Source: Myxococcota bacterium (lineage in GTDB: Bacteria; Myxococcota_A; Polyangia; Nannocystales; Nannocystaceae). From it: a stretch of 64,000 nucleotides of DNA. Below, in pieces: positions 8,860 through 18,955 of the stretch. The notes under the pieces were generated by a model that saw only the letters and a program-made list of their open reading frames with translations, searched no databases and was not told the origin of the DNA. Position numbers and translations under genes: made by a program. Each line of letters starts with the position of its first letter. Position 1 is the stretch's first letter. Location: positions 62,152 to 126,151 of the forward strand of contig JBCCHT010000037.1 of the NCBI GenBank assembly GCA_039028615.1, written 5' to 3'.

Positions 8860-11800
8860 TGGCGACCGACGACAACGGCTCCAGCCCCTTCTTCGCCGGC
8901 CTGCTGCGTCGCGGCGCGACGGTGGGCCTGGTGGCGGTGTGCCTGTTCTTCTTCGGCCTCATCACCTACTTCTCGCTGCCGCGAGAGGCGTCGCCCGACG
9001 TCAAGATCCCCATGGTGATGGTGACGACGCCCTACGTGGGCGTCTCGCCCGAGGACATCGAGTCGCTCGTCACCATCCCCCTCGAGAACGAGCTGGCCGG
9101 GCTCAAAGACCTCAAGAAGATGAGCTCCACCTCGGCCGAGGGCGCGAGCATCATCTCCCTCGAGTTCGAGCCCGAGATCGTCATCGAGGACGCGATTCAG
9201 CGCGTGCGTGACCGGGTCGACCGTGGCCGTACCAAGGTCACCGAGGACGCCGAAGACACCACCATCCAAGAGATTTCCTTCAGCGACCTGCCCATCGTGC
9301 TCGTCACCCTGGCGGGTCCGGTCGACCAAGAAGAGCTCAAGCGCCTGGGCGAAGAGCTCGAAGAGGACCTGCGGCGGATTCCGGGCGTTCTCGATGCCGA
9401 GCTTTCGGGCGGGCGCACCCGCGAGATTCGGGTCCAGGTCGATCCCAAGCGACTCGAGCGCTACGCGCTGAGCATGCAGAACGTCGTCGACGCGATCCGG
9501 GAGGAGAACGTCAACATCCCGGGCGGCGATGTGACCTCGGGCGACTCCAGCTTCCTGGTCCGCGTGCCCGGTGAGATCGAAGACCCTCGCGAGCTCGAGG
9601 GCGTGGCCATCAAGCGCCGCGGCGGTCGCCCCGTGTTCATCCGCGATGTGGCCCGGGTGGTCGACGGCTTCGCCGATCGCTCCACCTACGCGCGCATGAA
9701 CGGCCAGCCCGCGGTCTCCATCGCGGTCAGCAAGCGAACCGGCGCCAACATTCTCGAGGTCGTGGACGCGGTCAAGGCCGAGACCGAGTTGCACGCCGAG
9801 CGCTGGCCGGAGGGCGTCGAGTACCGGACCCTCGGCGATCAGTCGAAGATGATCGGCGACATGGTCAGCGACCTCGAAAACGGCATCATCACCGCGCTGT
9901 TGCTGGTGGTCGGGGTGTTGCTGTTCTTCATGGGCATCCGCAACAGCCTGCTCGTCGCGCTTTCGATCCCGCTGTCGATGTTGCTGGCGATGCTGCTGAT
10001 CAGCGCGTTCGGGATGACCCTGAACATGATCGTGCTGTTTTCGCTCATCTTGGCGCTCGGCATGCTCGTCGACAACGCCATCGTGCTGGTGGAGAACATC
10101 TACCGGCACCTGGAGATGGGCAAATCGCTGCAGGAGGCCACGGTCGACGGCGCCAAGGAAGTCGCCGGTCCCGTTGCCGCCTCCACGGCCACCACCGTCG
10201 CCGCCTTTGCCCCGCTGGTGTTCTGGACCGGCATCATGGGCGAGTTCATGGGCTACATGCCCAAGACGGTCATCATCGTGCTGGTGTGCTCGTTGGTGGC
10301 CGCGGTCGGCATCCTGCCGGTCATCACCGCCAAGTTCATGCGCCTGGGCAAGGGCAAGAGCCCCACCGAGGTGCGTGACGATCAGCTGCCGCTGTATCGC
10401 AAGGTGCTGGCCTGGTCGATTCGGCACCGCTACTTCGCCGCGTTCTTGGGCTTCGCCAGCCTGGTGGGCACCGGGGTCGCGTACGCCGAGTACAACCACG
10501 GCACCGAGTTCTTCTCCGAGACCGAGCCCAACCGCGCGACCATCTCGGTGCGGGCCCCCGACGGCACGGACATCGAGGCCACCGACTCCATCGTGCGCAA
10601 GATCGAGGCGATCTTGGCGCAGGAGGCCAACGTCGACGTGTTCGTCGCCGAGACGGGCGTGGGCGGCAGCGCCGACCCGATGGCGGCCACCGAGGCGGCC
10701 GAGAACAAGGCCCGGATCACCGTGGACTTCTTGCCCGACGCTTCGACGGCGAAGGAAGGCGAGAAGATCCGCATCGGGCCCACCAGCAAGACGGTGGACA
10801 GCCTGCGGCAGGCCTTGCTCGAGATTCCCGGCGCGGAAATCTCGATCGAAAAGGAGGTCATGGGTCCGCCCGTCGGCTCGCCCATCGCGGTCGAGGTGTC
10901 CGGCGAGGACTTCCACGAGGTGGGCGAGATGGCGGCCCGAATCCGCCGCGAGATCGGGGCCATCGAAGGCACCACCGAGCTGCACGACAACTACCGCGTG
11001 GGTCGCCCCGAGATGCGCCTGCGCATCAACCGAGGCGCCGCCAAGCGGGTCGGGGCGAGCACCCAGGCCATCGCGGGCGCCATGCGGACCGCGGTGGCGG
11101 GCACCAAGGCCTCGACCCTGCGCGACGGCGAGGACGAGTACGACATCATGGTGGAGGTCGACCCGCGCTCGCGGGGCAACCTCCAAGAGGTCCTCAGCCT
11201 ACGCATCCCCGGCCGCGAGGACACCAGCCCCGACACCTTCCCCGTGCCGCTGTCCACCGTGGCCAGCTACGAGCTCGCGGGTGGCAACGGCTCCATCTAC
11301 CACATCGATCAAGATCTGGTGATCACGATCGAGGGCGACATCGCCGAGGGCTACAACGAGAACGAGGTCCGGGCGAAGGTCATCGAGTACATCGAGCAGA
11401 CCGAGCTTCCGCCGGGCTTCGCCCTGCGCCTGGGCGGCGCCGACGATGAGCAGCGCAAGGCGCAGGAGTTCCTCTCGCAGGCCTTCCTCGTCGCTCTGTT
11501 TGCCATCGCCATCGTGCTGGTGAGCCAGTTCAACCGCTTCGACCTTCCGCTCATCATCCTCGCGTCGGTGGTGCTGTCGCTGGTCGGTGTGCTGTGGGGG
11601 CTCATCATCACGGGCACGCCCTTCGGCGTCATCATGACCGGGCTGGGGGTGATTTCCCTGGCGGGCGTCGTGGTCAACAACGCCATCGTGCTGCTCGACT
11701 ATGTCGAGCAGCTACGCAAGGGCGGCGCCAAGCTCTACGACTCGCTCATCCAAGCGGGCGTGGCGAGGTTCCGCCCCGTGATGCTCACCGCGGTCACCAC

Positions 11801-12128
11801 CATCCTCGGCTTGGTGCCCATGGCCATCGGCATCTCCATCGACTTCCGCGGGCTTCGCATCGTGAGCGGGAGTCAGAGCGCGCAGTGGTGGGGTCCGATG
11901 GCGGTGGCCGTCATCTTCGGGCTCGCGTTCGCCACCGTGCTCACCCTGGTGCTGGTGCCGACCATGTACACCATCCTCGAGGACTTCCGCGGGGCAGGAG
12001 CGTGGATTCGGCGCAAGCTGGGGCGCGAGGCTCCGAGCAGCGTGGTGGACGAGACGGCCACGACCATGCCCGAGGCTCCGCTCGAGTCACCGCTGCCCGA
12101 GGGTCCATCGGTCAAGACTGGCGCCTGA
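8859..12128 (+). CDS. RND efflux permease (AcrB/AcrD/AcrF family)
   Basis: YVGVSPEDIESLVTIPLE, GMLVDNAIVLVEN, RFRPVMLT; TGATG coupling with the MFP gene. Confidence 0.96.
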   Translation: MATDDNGSSPFFAGLLRRGATVGLVAVCLFFFGLITYFSLPREASPDVKIPMVMVTTPYVGVSPEDIESLVTIPLENELAGLKDLKKMSSTSAEGASIISLEFEPEIVIEDAIQRVRDRVDRGRTKVTEDAEDTTIQEISFSDLPIVLVTLAGPVDQEELKRLGEELEEDLRRIPGVLDAELSGGRTREIRVQVDPKRLERYALSMQNVVDAIREENVNIPGGDVTSGDSSFLVRVPGEIEDPRELEGVAIKRRGGRPVFIRDVARVVDGFADRSTYARMNGQPAVSIAVSKRTGANILEVVDAVKAETELHAERWPEGVEYRTLGDQSKMIGDMVSDLENGIITALLLVVGVLLFFMGIRNSLLVALSIPLSMLLAMLLISAFGMTLNMIVLFSLILALGMLVDNAIVLVENIYRHLEMGKSLQEATVDGAKEVAGPVAASTATTVAAFAPLVFWTGIMGEFMGYMPKTVIIVLVCSLVAAVGILPVITAKFMRLGKGKSPTEVRDDQLPLYRKVLAWSIRHRYFAAFLGFASLVGTGVAYAEYNHGTEFFSETEPNRATISVRAPDGTDIEATDSIVRKIEAILAQEANVDVFVAETGVGGSADPMAATEAAENKARITVDFLPDASTAKEGEKIRIGPTSKTVDSLRQALLEIPGAEISIEKEVMGPPVGSPIAVEVSGEDFHEVGEMAARIRREIGAIEGTTELHDNYRVGRPEMRLRINRGAAKRVGASTQAIAGAMRTAVAGTKASTLRDGEDEYDIMVEVDPRSRGNLQEVLSLRIPGREDTSPDTFPVPLSTVASYELAGGNGSIYHIDQDLVITIEGDIAEGYNENEVRAKVIEYIEQTELPPGFALRLGGADDEQRKAQEFLSQAFLVALFAIAIVLVSQFNRFDLPLIILASVVLSLVGVLWGLIITGTPFGVIMTGLGVISLAGVVVNNAIVLLDYVEQLRKGGAKLYDSLIQAGVARFRPVMLTAVTTILGLVPMAIGISIDFRGLRIVSGSQSAQWWGPMAVAVIFGLAFATVLTLVLVPTMYTILEDFRGAGAWIRRKLGREAPSSVVDETATTMPEAPLESPLPEGPSVKTGA

Positions 12129-12152
12129 GCGGGCCGACGCCCGAACGAAACG

Positions 12153-12188
12153 CGCTCGCTCGACGGTCATCGTCGGGCGAGCGTTTTT
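12153..12188 (+). terminator. Rho-independent terminator
   Basis: 13-bp stem cgctcgctcgacg/cgtcgggcgagcg followed by TTTTT. Confidence 0.75.
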
Positions 12189-12214
12189 CGTTTCCCGAGC
12201 CGAAGGGGCTGGGT

Positions 12215-13111
12215 CTACGACGCGGCTTCGGCCGGGGCGTAGACCGTCGCGAGGAAGTCTTGGAGGTGGGTCGTCACCTCTTCGGAGTACTCGGCCGGGA
12301 GCGCATGGGTGCCGTCTTCGATGACCACCCACTGGGCCTGTGGGATCGCAAACGCCACCTCACGCAGGGCATTGAGGGGGATGAAGCGATCGTGGGCCCC
12401 CGCCATGACCAGGCTCGGCACGCGGATCTGCGGGAGGAGATCTGCGGCGGTATGGCGAGCGGCTTCGCCCAACATGTCGAAGAACAGCTCCGGATCCATC
12501 AACGCCATCTGGTCGAGATAGATCTCGAAGTCTTCGTTGTTGAGTCGGGCCGCGTTGATTTGATTCGTCAGCGCGCCGAGATCTTGGACCCACGGCGCGG
12601 GCAAGATGCCTCGCCACAGCCGCCGCGTCAGGCTCTTGGCTTGGCGCATGGCGGCCCGAAACAGCGGCAGCACATGTCCAAATGCCTCCGTGCCCTGGAA
12701 CGTCGCCATGCACCGACCACTGGGACCGGCGAGATCGACCAGCCCAGTCACGCGATGCTGATGTCGTCGATACAGTTCCAGGGCGACCTGGAACCCCATC
12801 GAAAAGCCCAACGCGACCGCCTGGTCGATGCCACGCGCTTCGAGCACGGCCGCGGCGTCATCCGCCAAATTGGGCATGCTCAAACGCCAGGGGCGGGGCG
12901 GATCTGGAGATCGCCCATGCCCCCGGTAATGCATCAAGACGATGCGGTACTGGGTTGCGAGATGCGGAATTATCCGACGAAAGGCCCAGCCACTACAGCC
13001 GATGCCATCGAGAATGAGGAGCACTTTGTCGTGCTCCATGCCGATATCCCGAACAAATAGAGACGCGCCATCATCTCGTTGGATGAAGACGTCCTCGGAT
13101 CGTCCGGGCAT
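12215..13111 (-). CDS. Alpha/beta-fold hydrolase
   Basis: YRGHGRS, GFSMG nucleophile elbow, GAHDRF, GTH; start taken at MPGRSEDVF. Confidence 0.88.
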   Translation of the reverse strand: MPGRSEDVFIQRDDGASLFVRDIGMEHDKVLLILDGIGCSGWAFRRIIPHLATQYRIVLMHYRGHGRSPDPPRPWRLSMPNLADDAAAVLEARGIDQAVALGFSMGFQVALELYRRHQHRVTGLVDLAGPSGRCMATFQGTEAFGHVLPLFRAAMRQAKSLTRRLWRGILPAPWVQDLGALTNQINAARLNNEDFEIYLDQMALMDPELFFDMLGEAARHTAADLLPQIRVPSLVMAGAHDRFIPLNALREVAFAIPQAQWVVIEDGTHALPAEYSEEVTTHLQDFLATVYAPAEAAS

Positions 13112-13286
13112 AGGCAAATCGTCGGATGAGTTCGCCAAACGAGAACTCGCAGGGTTCAATCGAACGAGTCTCGCGGCCAACGACCGATGGTGCACCTACC
13201 CATGACAAACGGGGGCCCTGGGCGTTGCCAGTGCTCCCGCTGCCATTCGGTGGAGGGTCTCGGACGAGAGTCCGAGCCCAGTACAC

Positions 13287-13496
13287 TCACTCGGTCTTGC
13301 CACGCACGTCGTCGGGCGCGTCGTCCGCGATTTCGTTGACGCTCGGGTACTTCATGATGTCCCGGCGGGCGATTTTCCACGCCTTTTGAACAATCCAAGA
13401 GAGCGAGCGATCTTGTCGCGCAGCTTCTTCTTGGATTTCCTTCAGCATTTGTTCGGGGAAGTACAGACTCTGCTTGCGCTTGTCCGAGCTTGCCAT
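13287..13496 (-). CDS. TIGR04563-like myxobacterial small protein (ribbon-helix-helix-like)
   Basis: DKRKQSLYFPEQMLKEIQEEAARQDRSLSWIVQKAWKIAR matches the family consensus as I recall it. Confidence 0.88.
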   Translation of the reverse strand: MASSDKRKQSLYFPEQMLKEIQEEAARQDRSLSWIVQKAWKIARRDIMKYPSVNEIADDAPDDVRGKTE

Positions 13497-13510
13497 TCGC
13501 GAGTTCTCCG

Positions 13511-13558
13511 AGCCGAAAATCGGCTTCTAGGGGGCTGTCCCAGCCGTAAATCGGCTTC
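13511..13558. promoter_or_regulatory. Two 17-bp near-identical repeats with palindromic cores (AGCCGa/tAAATCGGCTTC) in the leader of the TIGR04563 gene
   Basis: 13511-13527 and 13542-13558, 31-bp period; minus-strand TTGACA(13601)-N18-TACCCT just upstream. Confidence 0.6.
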
Positions 13559-13788
13559 AAGGTGGGCTGTGAGGGTAGGATACGGTACGAATTCTTGTCA
13601 ACTCGGTACCGCAGTGTTGCGACCAGCGCCCGCGGACTACACCCCGACACGTTTGGCCGGATTTTCGCCCGTGGGGCAGGCGCCGACAGGTCCACATCGG
13701 GCCGTGCTTTTTTGATTGTCGTCGGCGCTCACAGGCTATAGCTTTCGCCGTCTTGTTCGAGGGGATGTCCCTTCGACGGAGATGCTCA

Positions 13789-14163
13789 ATGGCTCTGACG
13801 ACCGAGAAGCTTGAAGAGTTCCGAAAGATCCTCCACGAGAAGAGAGATCGATTGTTGGCGGAAGCCAAGCGGACCCTCGACCAGGAGATGGTCATCGAGA
13901 CCGAGGAACGCATGGACGAGGTCGACCAGGCGTCGAGCGAGTACATGCAGGCGTTTTCCTTCCGCCTGCGTGGCCGAGAGCGCTTCCTGCTGGGGAAGAT
14001 CGAGCACGCTCTGAAGAAGATGGACGAGAACGAGTACGGCCTGTGCGAAGAGTGTGACGACCAGATCTCGCTCAAGCGGCTCATGGCCCGCCCCGAGGCG
14101 CAGCTGTGCATCCAGTGCAAGGAAGCACAAGAGAAGGAAGAAGCCGTCTACGCCGAGGATTAG
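13789..14163 (+). CDS. dksA: DksA/TraR C4-type zinc finger protein
   Basis: DxxDxA tip (DEVDQA), YGLCEEC, RLMARPEAQLCIQCKE. Confidence 0.9.
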   Translation: MALTTEKLEEFRKILHEKRDRLLAEAKRTLDQEMVIETEERMDEVDQASSEYMQAFSFRLRGRERFLLGKIEHALKKMDENEYGLCEECDDQISLKRLMARPEAQLCIQCKEAQEKEEAVYAED

Positions 14164-14282
14164 TCGTCCCGGCGTGACCGCGTGAGTCGAGTCGTACGCT
14201 CGACTGCGAGGGCCCCGAGCGGAGGCACTCGTGCTCGAGCGTGCACCCACGCGGTGACCGAAATCAGGGCTTTCGGCGGGCC

Positions 14283-15362
14283 TCAGGCTCGCTCGTCGCC
14301 CACCAGCGTGCGGAGGCGACGGATGTCGTCAGGGCCTCCGATGGCGATGAGCACGTAGCCGGGCTCGAGCACGAGCTCGCCCGAGGGCACGTAGTCGTTG
14401 TGCCCCTCGGGGTTGCGGACGGCGATGATCAGCGTGCCCGTGCGGTCCCGGATGCCGGCGTTGCGCAGCGACTCGCCGACCAGCTCGCCCGCTTCGCCGA
14501 CCTGGGCCTCCTCGATGCGGAGGTTGGCCTCGCGGTCGCGGAGCATCTCGTCGAGAAAGCGGACGACCTGCGGGCGTAGCAGCTCCGATGCCAGCCGCAT
14601 GCCGCCGATGGAGGCGGGGGAGACCACCGCGTTGGCGCCCGCTCGGCGCAGCTTGGGCGCGGCCGAGGGCGACACCGCCTTCGTCACGATGCGCAGGTTG
14701 GGGTTCGTCTGGCGGGCGGTGACGACGACGAACATGTTGGTCTTGTCGTCGTCCATCGTGGCCACGATGCCGCGGGCGCGGTCGATGCCGGCCTGGGCGA
14801 GGATCTCGTCCTCGGTCGCGTCACCGTGCAGGGTGAGCACGCCTTCGCGCGCCAGCTCGGTCAGGTTTTCTTCGTCCTGGTCGATGCAGACGAGCTTCTC
14901 GCCCATCGAGCGCAGCTCTTCGACCACGTGCGCGCCCGTTCGTCCGGTTCCGCACACGATGTAGTGGTCGTGGATCTCGTCCATGATCTTGAGGAAGCGA
15001 CGGTAGCGTCGGACGTTGCGGAAGTCACTCTCCACGAAGAAGCTCGTGATCGACGAGACGACGTAGAGATTGGCCGAGATGCCGAAGACCAGCAGGGCCA
15101 AGGTCCAGGCGCGGCCGCCCGCCACGCTGTCGAGGTCGAGCGTCTCGCCGTAGCCCACCGTGCTGATGGTGATCGCGGTCATGTAGACGCAATCGGCGAA
15201 GCTCCAGTGCCCGGGATCCTGCAGGTAGGCCAGGTACCAGTAGCCGGCCGCGCCCAAGCCCAGCACCGCGACGAGCACGCCGAATGCGATGATCACCCGC
15301 CGCCGCGTGGCGACGTAGACCTCGATCGGGTTGCTCGGACTGGTGTCCTCGGGCAAGGACAC
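14283..15362 (-). CDS. Potassium channel with TrkA-N/TrkA-C (RCK) domains
   Basis: Selectivity filter TVGYG, HYIVCGTGRTG, GDAT..L..AGI.RA; start uncertain. Confidence 0.93.
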   Translation of the reverse strand: MSLPEDTSPSNPIEVYVATRRRVIIAFGVLVAVLGLGAAGYWYLAYLQDPGHWSFADCVYMTAITISTVGYGETLDLDSVAGGRAWTLALLVFGISANLYVVSSITSFFVESDFRNVRRYRRFLKIMDEIHDHYIVCGTGRTGAHVVEELRSMGEKLVCIDQDEENLTELAREGVLTLHGDATEDEILAQAGIDRARGIVATMDDDKTNMFVVVTARQTNPNLRIVTKAVSPSAAPKLRRAGANAVVSPASIGGMRLASELLRPQVVRFLDEMLRDREANLRIEEAQVGEAGELVGESLRNAGIRDRTGTLIIAVRNPEGHNDYVPSGELVLEPGYVLIAIGGPDDIRRLRTLVGDERA

Positions 15363-15460
15363 GGCGGGGATGATACCCGCCGTGGCGCGCTTGTCTGCGC
15401 CGGGCAGCGAGGCCGCACGGGGCCTCATCGGCGCGGGGTCGGGGCCCCCGGTTGCCCTGA

Positions 15461-16513
15461 GTGAGTCACCGGGGCGACACTGCCATCGCCGTGCGCCCCC
15501 ACTTGTTCACGTTGCCGGGCCTGGGTTGGGAGATCCAGGGCTACGGACTCATGCTGGCTCTGGCTTTGTTGCTCGCGTGGGGGCTGACCCTGTCGTGGGG
15601 ACGCCGGGATCGGCTGCCTTCGGGACCGCTGGGGACCGCGTTCGTCTTGGCGACCGGCTTCGGCCTCATGGGCGCTCGCTTCGGGTGGCTCCTGCAGCGA
15701 CCGGGCGAGACGGGGGCGGGCATCGAGCTGTTCGCGCTGCGCAGTGACGAACTCGCGCCCTTCGTCGGAGTGACGGTGGCCGCCGTGGTCGGCGGCCTGT
15801 ACCTCACGCGTCGACGCATCCCCGCCGTGGCCGGCTTCGACGTGGCTGCGCCCGCGTTCATGGCCGCGTTGATGGTCGAGCGGCTGGGCGCGTTGATGGC
15901 CGGTACCGACTACGGCCGGGTCGCGCCCGAGCTGCCCTGGGCCATTCGTTTCCCGCCGGGCTCGCCCGCGTTCCTCGAGCACCAGCGCACGTTGACGGGG
16001 ATGTTCCCCGTCGACGCCACGCAATCGCTGCCCGTGCACCCCACCCAGCTGTACGGGCTGCTGGTGGCCGGAGCCGCCTTGGGCGTGGGGTTGTGGCTCC
16101 GCAAGCGTCGGACCTATTCCGGGCAAGTCGTACTCGGCACGCTCACGGCGTACCTGCTGGGACGCAGCTTCTTCGAGGAGTGGTTCCGGGCCGACGCCGC
16201 CGGGGAATCGCTGGGGCCGTTCAGCTCGGGTCAGGTGGCGGCCATCGTCTTGGCGGTCTCGATGGTGGTCATCATGCGGGCCCGTGCCGCCTTGGCCGTG
16301 CATCGGCCGGCGGAGTTTCGCCCCTGGGAGGGCGGTCGCTGGACGCCGGCCGAGCTGCAGGACGGTCGTCCGAGCCCCGGTAACCCCGGGCGGTCCGCGG
16401 CTCGCTCTCATACCGGGTCGCAGCGCTCATTGACGTCGGGCGCGAGCCGTCGGCGGAAGTCCAAGGCGAAGAACAAGGGCAAGCGCGGCAAGAAGCGTCG
16501 CAAGAAGAAGTGA
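15461..16513 (+). CDS. Prolipoprotein diacylglyceryl transferase family protein (divergent Lgt paralog)
   Basis: YGLMLAL, GAR, D..AP, PWAIRFP, PVHPTQLY, GR...E.FR.D. Confidence 0.8.
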   Translation: MSHRGDTAIAVRPHLFTLPGLGWEIQGYGLMLALALLLAWGLTLSWGRRDRLPSGPLGTAFVLATGFGLMGARFGWLLQRPGETGAGIELFALRSDELAPFVGVTVAAVVGGLYLTRRRIPAVAGFDVAAPAFMAALMVERLGALMAGTDYGRVAPELPWAIRFPPGSPAFLEHQRTLTGMFPVDATQSLPVHPTQLYGLLVAGAALGVGLWLRKRRTYSGQVVLGTLTAYLLGRSFFEEWFRADAAGESLGPFSSGQVAAIVLAVSMVVIMRARAALAVHRPAEFRPWEGGRWTPAELQDGRPSPGNPGRSAARSHTGSQRSLTSGASRRRKSKAKNKGKRGKKRRKKK

Positions 16514-16521
16514 GAGGCACC

Positions 16522-17178
16522 ATGGCGAGCAAGGGAACGGAGCGCCCGGTCGTGTTGCTGCACGGCGCCCTGCGTTCACGCGTGGGCCTGGTGCCCACCG
16601 CCCAGTGGCTGCGTCGTCGCGGCCTGCAGGCGACGCCGTTCGGCTATCCCACGCGCAAAGGGGACCTGCCCGCGCACGGGGATGCGCTCGCGCGATGGCT
16701 GGACACGCACTTGTCCGGGGGGCGCGTGCCCGTGCTGGGGTTTTTGACGCACAGCATGGGCGGGTTGGTCGTGCGGGCCTATCTCGAGCGTCACGCGGGC
16801 GAGCACGCCGATCGGCATCGAGTGGTGATGCTCTCGCCGCCCAACCAGGGGGCGAGCCTGGCCGAGCGCAACCGCAAGAACCCGCTGATGCGCTTGTTCT
16901 ACGGCGACGCGGCCGAGCAGCTGCGGCCGCAGCGGGTGCAGCAGATGCCCGACGTTCCCGACGACACGGACGTCCTGGTGCTGGCCGGGGGGCGCGGCGA
17001 CCCGCGTGGCTTCAACCCCGGGATCGACGGTGACGATGACGGTGTGGTCGGGGTCGACGAGATGCGCTTGTCCGGGGTCGAGCCCACCCCGGTCGGGGGG
17101 ATGCACTCGTGGCTGCAGTGGCGACCGGCCGTGCTCGAGCGTGCGGCGAAGTTCCTGACCGAGGACGGCGAGTCGTGA
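16522..17178 (+). CDS. Alpha/beta hydrolase (lipase/esterase-like)
   Basis: LLHG, THSMGG, PPNQG, DGVV, H. Confidence 0.88.
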   Translation: MASKGTERPVVLLHGALRSRVGLVPTAQWLRRRGLQATPFGYPTRKGDLPAHGDALARWLDTHLSGGRVPVLGFLTHSMGGLVVRAYLERHAGEHADRHRVVMLSPPNQGASLAERNRKNPLMRLFYGDAAEQLRPQRVQQMPDVPDDTDVLVLAGGRGDPRGFNPGIDGDDDGVVGVDEMRLSGVEPTPVGGMHSWLQWRPAVLERAAKFLTEDGES

Positions 17179-17855
17179 CGCGGTTCGGGTCGGTCTGGCG
17201 GGCGGGCGTACTGGGCCTGTGGGTCTGTGCGCTGGCGTGCGGCGGGTCCGAGTCGAAGCCTGAGGGCGACGCGGGGGAGCCGACCAGCGACGATCCTCGC
17301 GCGGCCCTCGACCAGGCTCGCACGGGGCTCGCCGATCCGCAGCGGTATCCGTTCCGCGATGGCCTGAAGATCAACGAGGAGGCGCTGCGCGCCACGCTGA
17401 TGCAGCTACGCGAGCGTCATGGGGCCCAGGTGGCGGTGGCCTACGCCGCGTCGATCGAAGCGCTGCCCACGGGGGACGCACCGACCGCGCCGCAATTCGA
17501 GGAACTGGCGGCCTTCGCCTTGCCCGATGACCCGGCCGCCCGCGACGTCGAGGCCATGAACTGGTTGTTCGATCGCGACGTCGAGGAGACGGTGCGGCGG
17601 AGCCTGTCGACCTATCTCGCCCTCCTGTCGCAGAACGACCTCGAAATGCCCATTCGCGACGTCGGGGTCTGGTTCGCGTTCCTACGCGCCGCCGAGCCCA
17701 CGCTGAAGCGCTGCAGCCCGTCGCCCGACGACCTATGGCTGTGCCTCGACTACGGCGCGGACGTGTTCGTGTTCGAGCTGTCGCGACTCGGCTCGGCGTG
17801 GATCGTTCGAAAGCTGCGCTGGCACCAGCAGCCGAGCACGGCCAACGACCACTAG
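17175..17855 (+). CDS. Hypothetical lipoprotein
   Basis: GTG overlaps the upstream stop; lipobox ALAC. Confidence 0.7.
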   Translation: MTRFGSVWRAGVLGLWVCALACGGSESKPEGDAGEPTSDDPRAALDQARTGLADPQRYPFRDGLKINEEALRATLMQLRERHGAQVAVAYAASIEALPTGDAPTAPQFEELAAFALPDDPAARDVEAMNWLFDRDVEETVRRSLSTYLALLSQNDLEMPIRDVGVWFAFLRAAEPTLKRCSPSPDDLWLCLDYGADVFVFELSRLGSAWIVRKLRWHQQPSTANDH

Positions 17856-17862
17856 CTCCGCG

Positions 17863-18855
17863 CTAGAGCGTCAGGTAGCCGAAGTCGATCGTCTGGTCCG
17901 CCTCGTTCGCGAGGTAGATGCGGTGGCGGCCGCCGAAGGGCGCGGGGCTCCACGGTGTGTCCGGGTGATAGGGCGTCCCCACGGCGCCCACGGTGCCGTT
18001 GGGGCTCGGCAGCTGTGCGATGTAGTCGTAGTCGCGCTCGGTGTCCCAGGCGATGGCCCGCGTGGCCGAGGGGCTGCCGGGCGGGACGAAGGACGCGTAG
18101 GTCCGAAACCACAGCGTCGTCAGCCACACCGTGTCGTTCTCCGTATCGCTGGCAAGGTACGACAGCGGCGCGATGCTGAGCCCTTCGAGCGTGATGTCGG
18201 GGATGACGGCCGAGTTCAACACGGCGCCGCCTTGGGTCAGCAGATCGAGCTGGGTCTCACGCGGGCCGAGCAGGGGATGCGAGTAGCCTCGCAGCAAGCT
18301 CGCCCCGTTGAACGCCAGCGCGTTGCCGCCGGGTTGGGGCACCGTCACCGCGTTGAGCTGCACCCCCGTCTCCGGGTCGATTTCCACCATCGTCGTCGCT
18401 TGGTTGAGCCCCTGCGACGCCCACAGCGTGTCCGCGTTCCAGTCGTACGCGAGACCGACGATGGTGTCCTGGCCGGGCGGCGAATCGTAGCGCAGCTGCT
18501 CGTCTCCGGTATCGAGGTTCAGCGCCACGATCGGGTCCGAGAACAACGTCTGCGTCACGATGAACAAGTGCGGGTCGGCACCCAGGCGCCCCACCGTCAT
18601 ACCCGTGCCCACGCCCGTCGTGCCGACGGGGTAGGGGAAGCTGCCCACCTGCTCGAACTGCAGCGGCGTGATGGCCTCGGCTGGATCGAACGCCGCCTTC
18701 AGCGACGTCGGCTCGGTCTCGGCGGCGGCCTTCGGCGTCTCGTCGAGCGTCGGTGTCGGGTCCGGCGCCCCGTCGTCCCCGTCACACGCGAGGCCGGCGA
18801 CGAGCATGAACGCGAGGGGGAGGGCACGGCGACGCGGCGTGAGCATGACCCCCAA
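17863..18855 (-). CDS. Hypothetical lipoprotein, beta-rich (possible propeller)
   Basis: RRR-hydrophobic-GLAC signal; GLAYD/ALAFN/AIAWD blade-like motifs. Confidence 0.7.
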   Translation of the reverse strand: MGVMLTPRRRALPLAFMLVAGLACDGDDGAPDPTPTLDETPKAAAETEPTSLKAAFDPAEAITPLQFEQVGSFPYPVGTTGVGTGMTVGRLGADPHLFIVTQTLFSDPIVALNLDTGDEQLRYDSPPGQDTIVGLAYDWNADTLWASQGLNQATTMVEIDPETGVQLNAVTVPQPGGNALAFNGASLLRGYSHPLLGPRETQLDLLTQGGAVLNSAVIPDITLEGLSIAPLSYLASDTENDTVWLTTLWFRTYASFVPPGSPSATRAIAWDTERDYDYIAQLPSPNGTVGAVGTPYHPDTPWSPAPFGGRHRIYLANEADQTIDFGYLTL

Positions 18856-18955
18856 GAGTCACCAACGACGCCGACGGATCACGCCGGATTTGGCGAAGGC
18901 GACGACCGGCCTCGGAACGACCGACGGGACCAAGTTCGTGCTACCGTCGTTGTCG

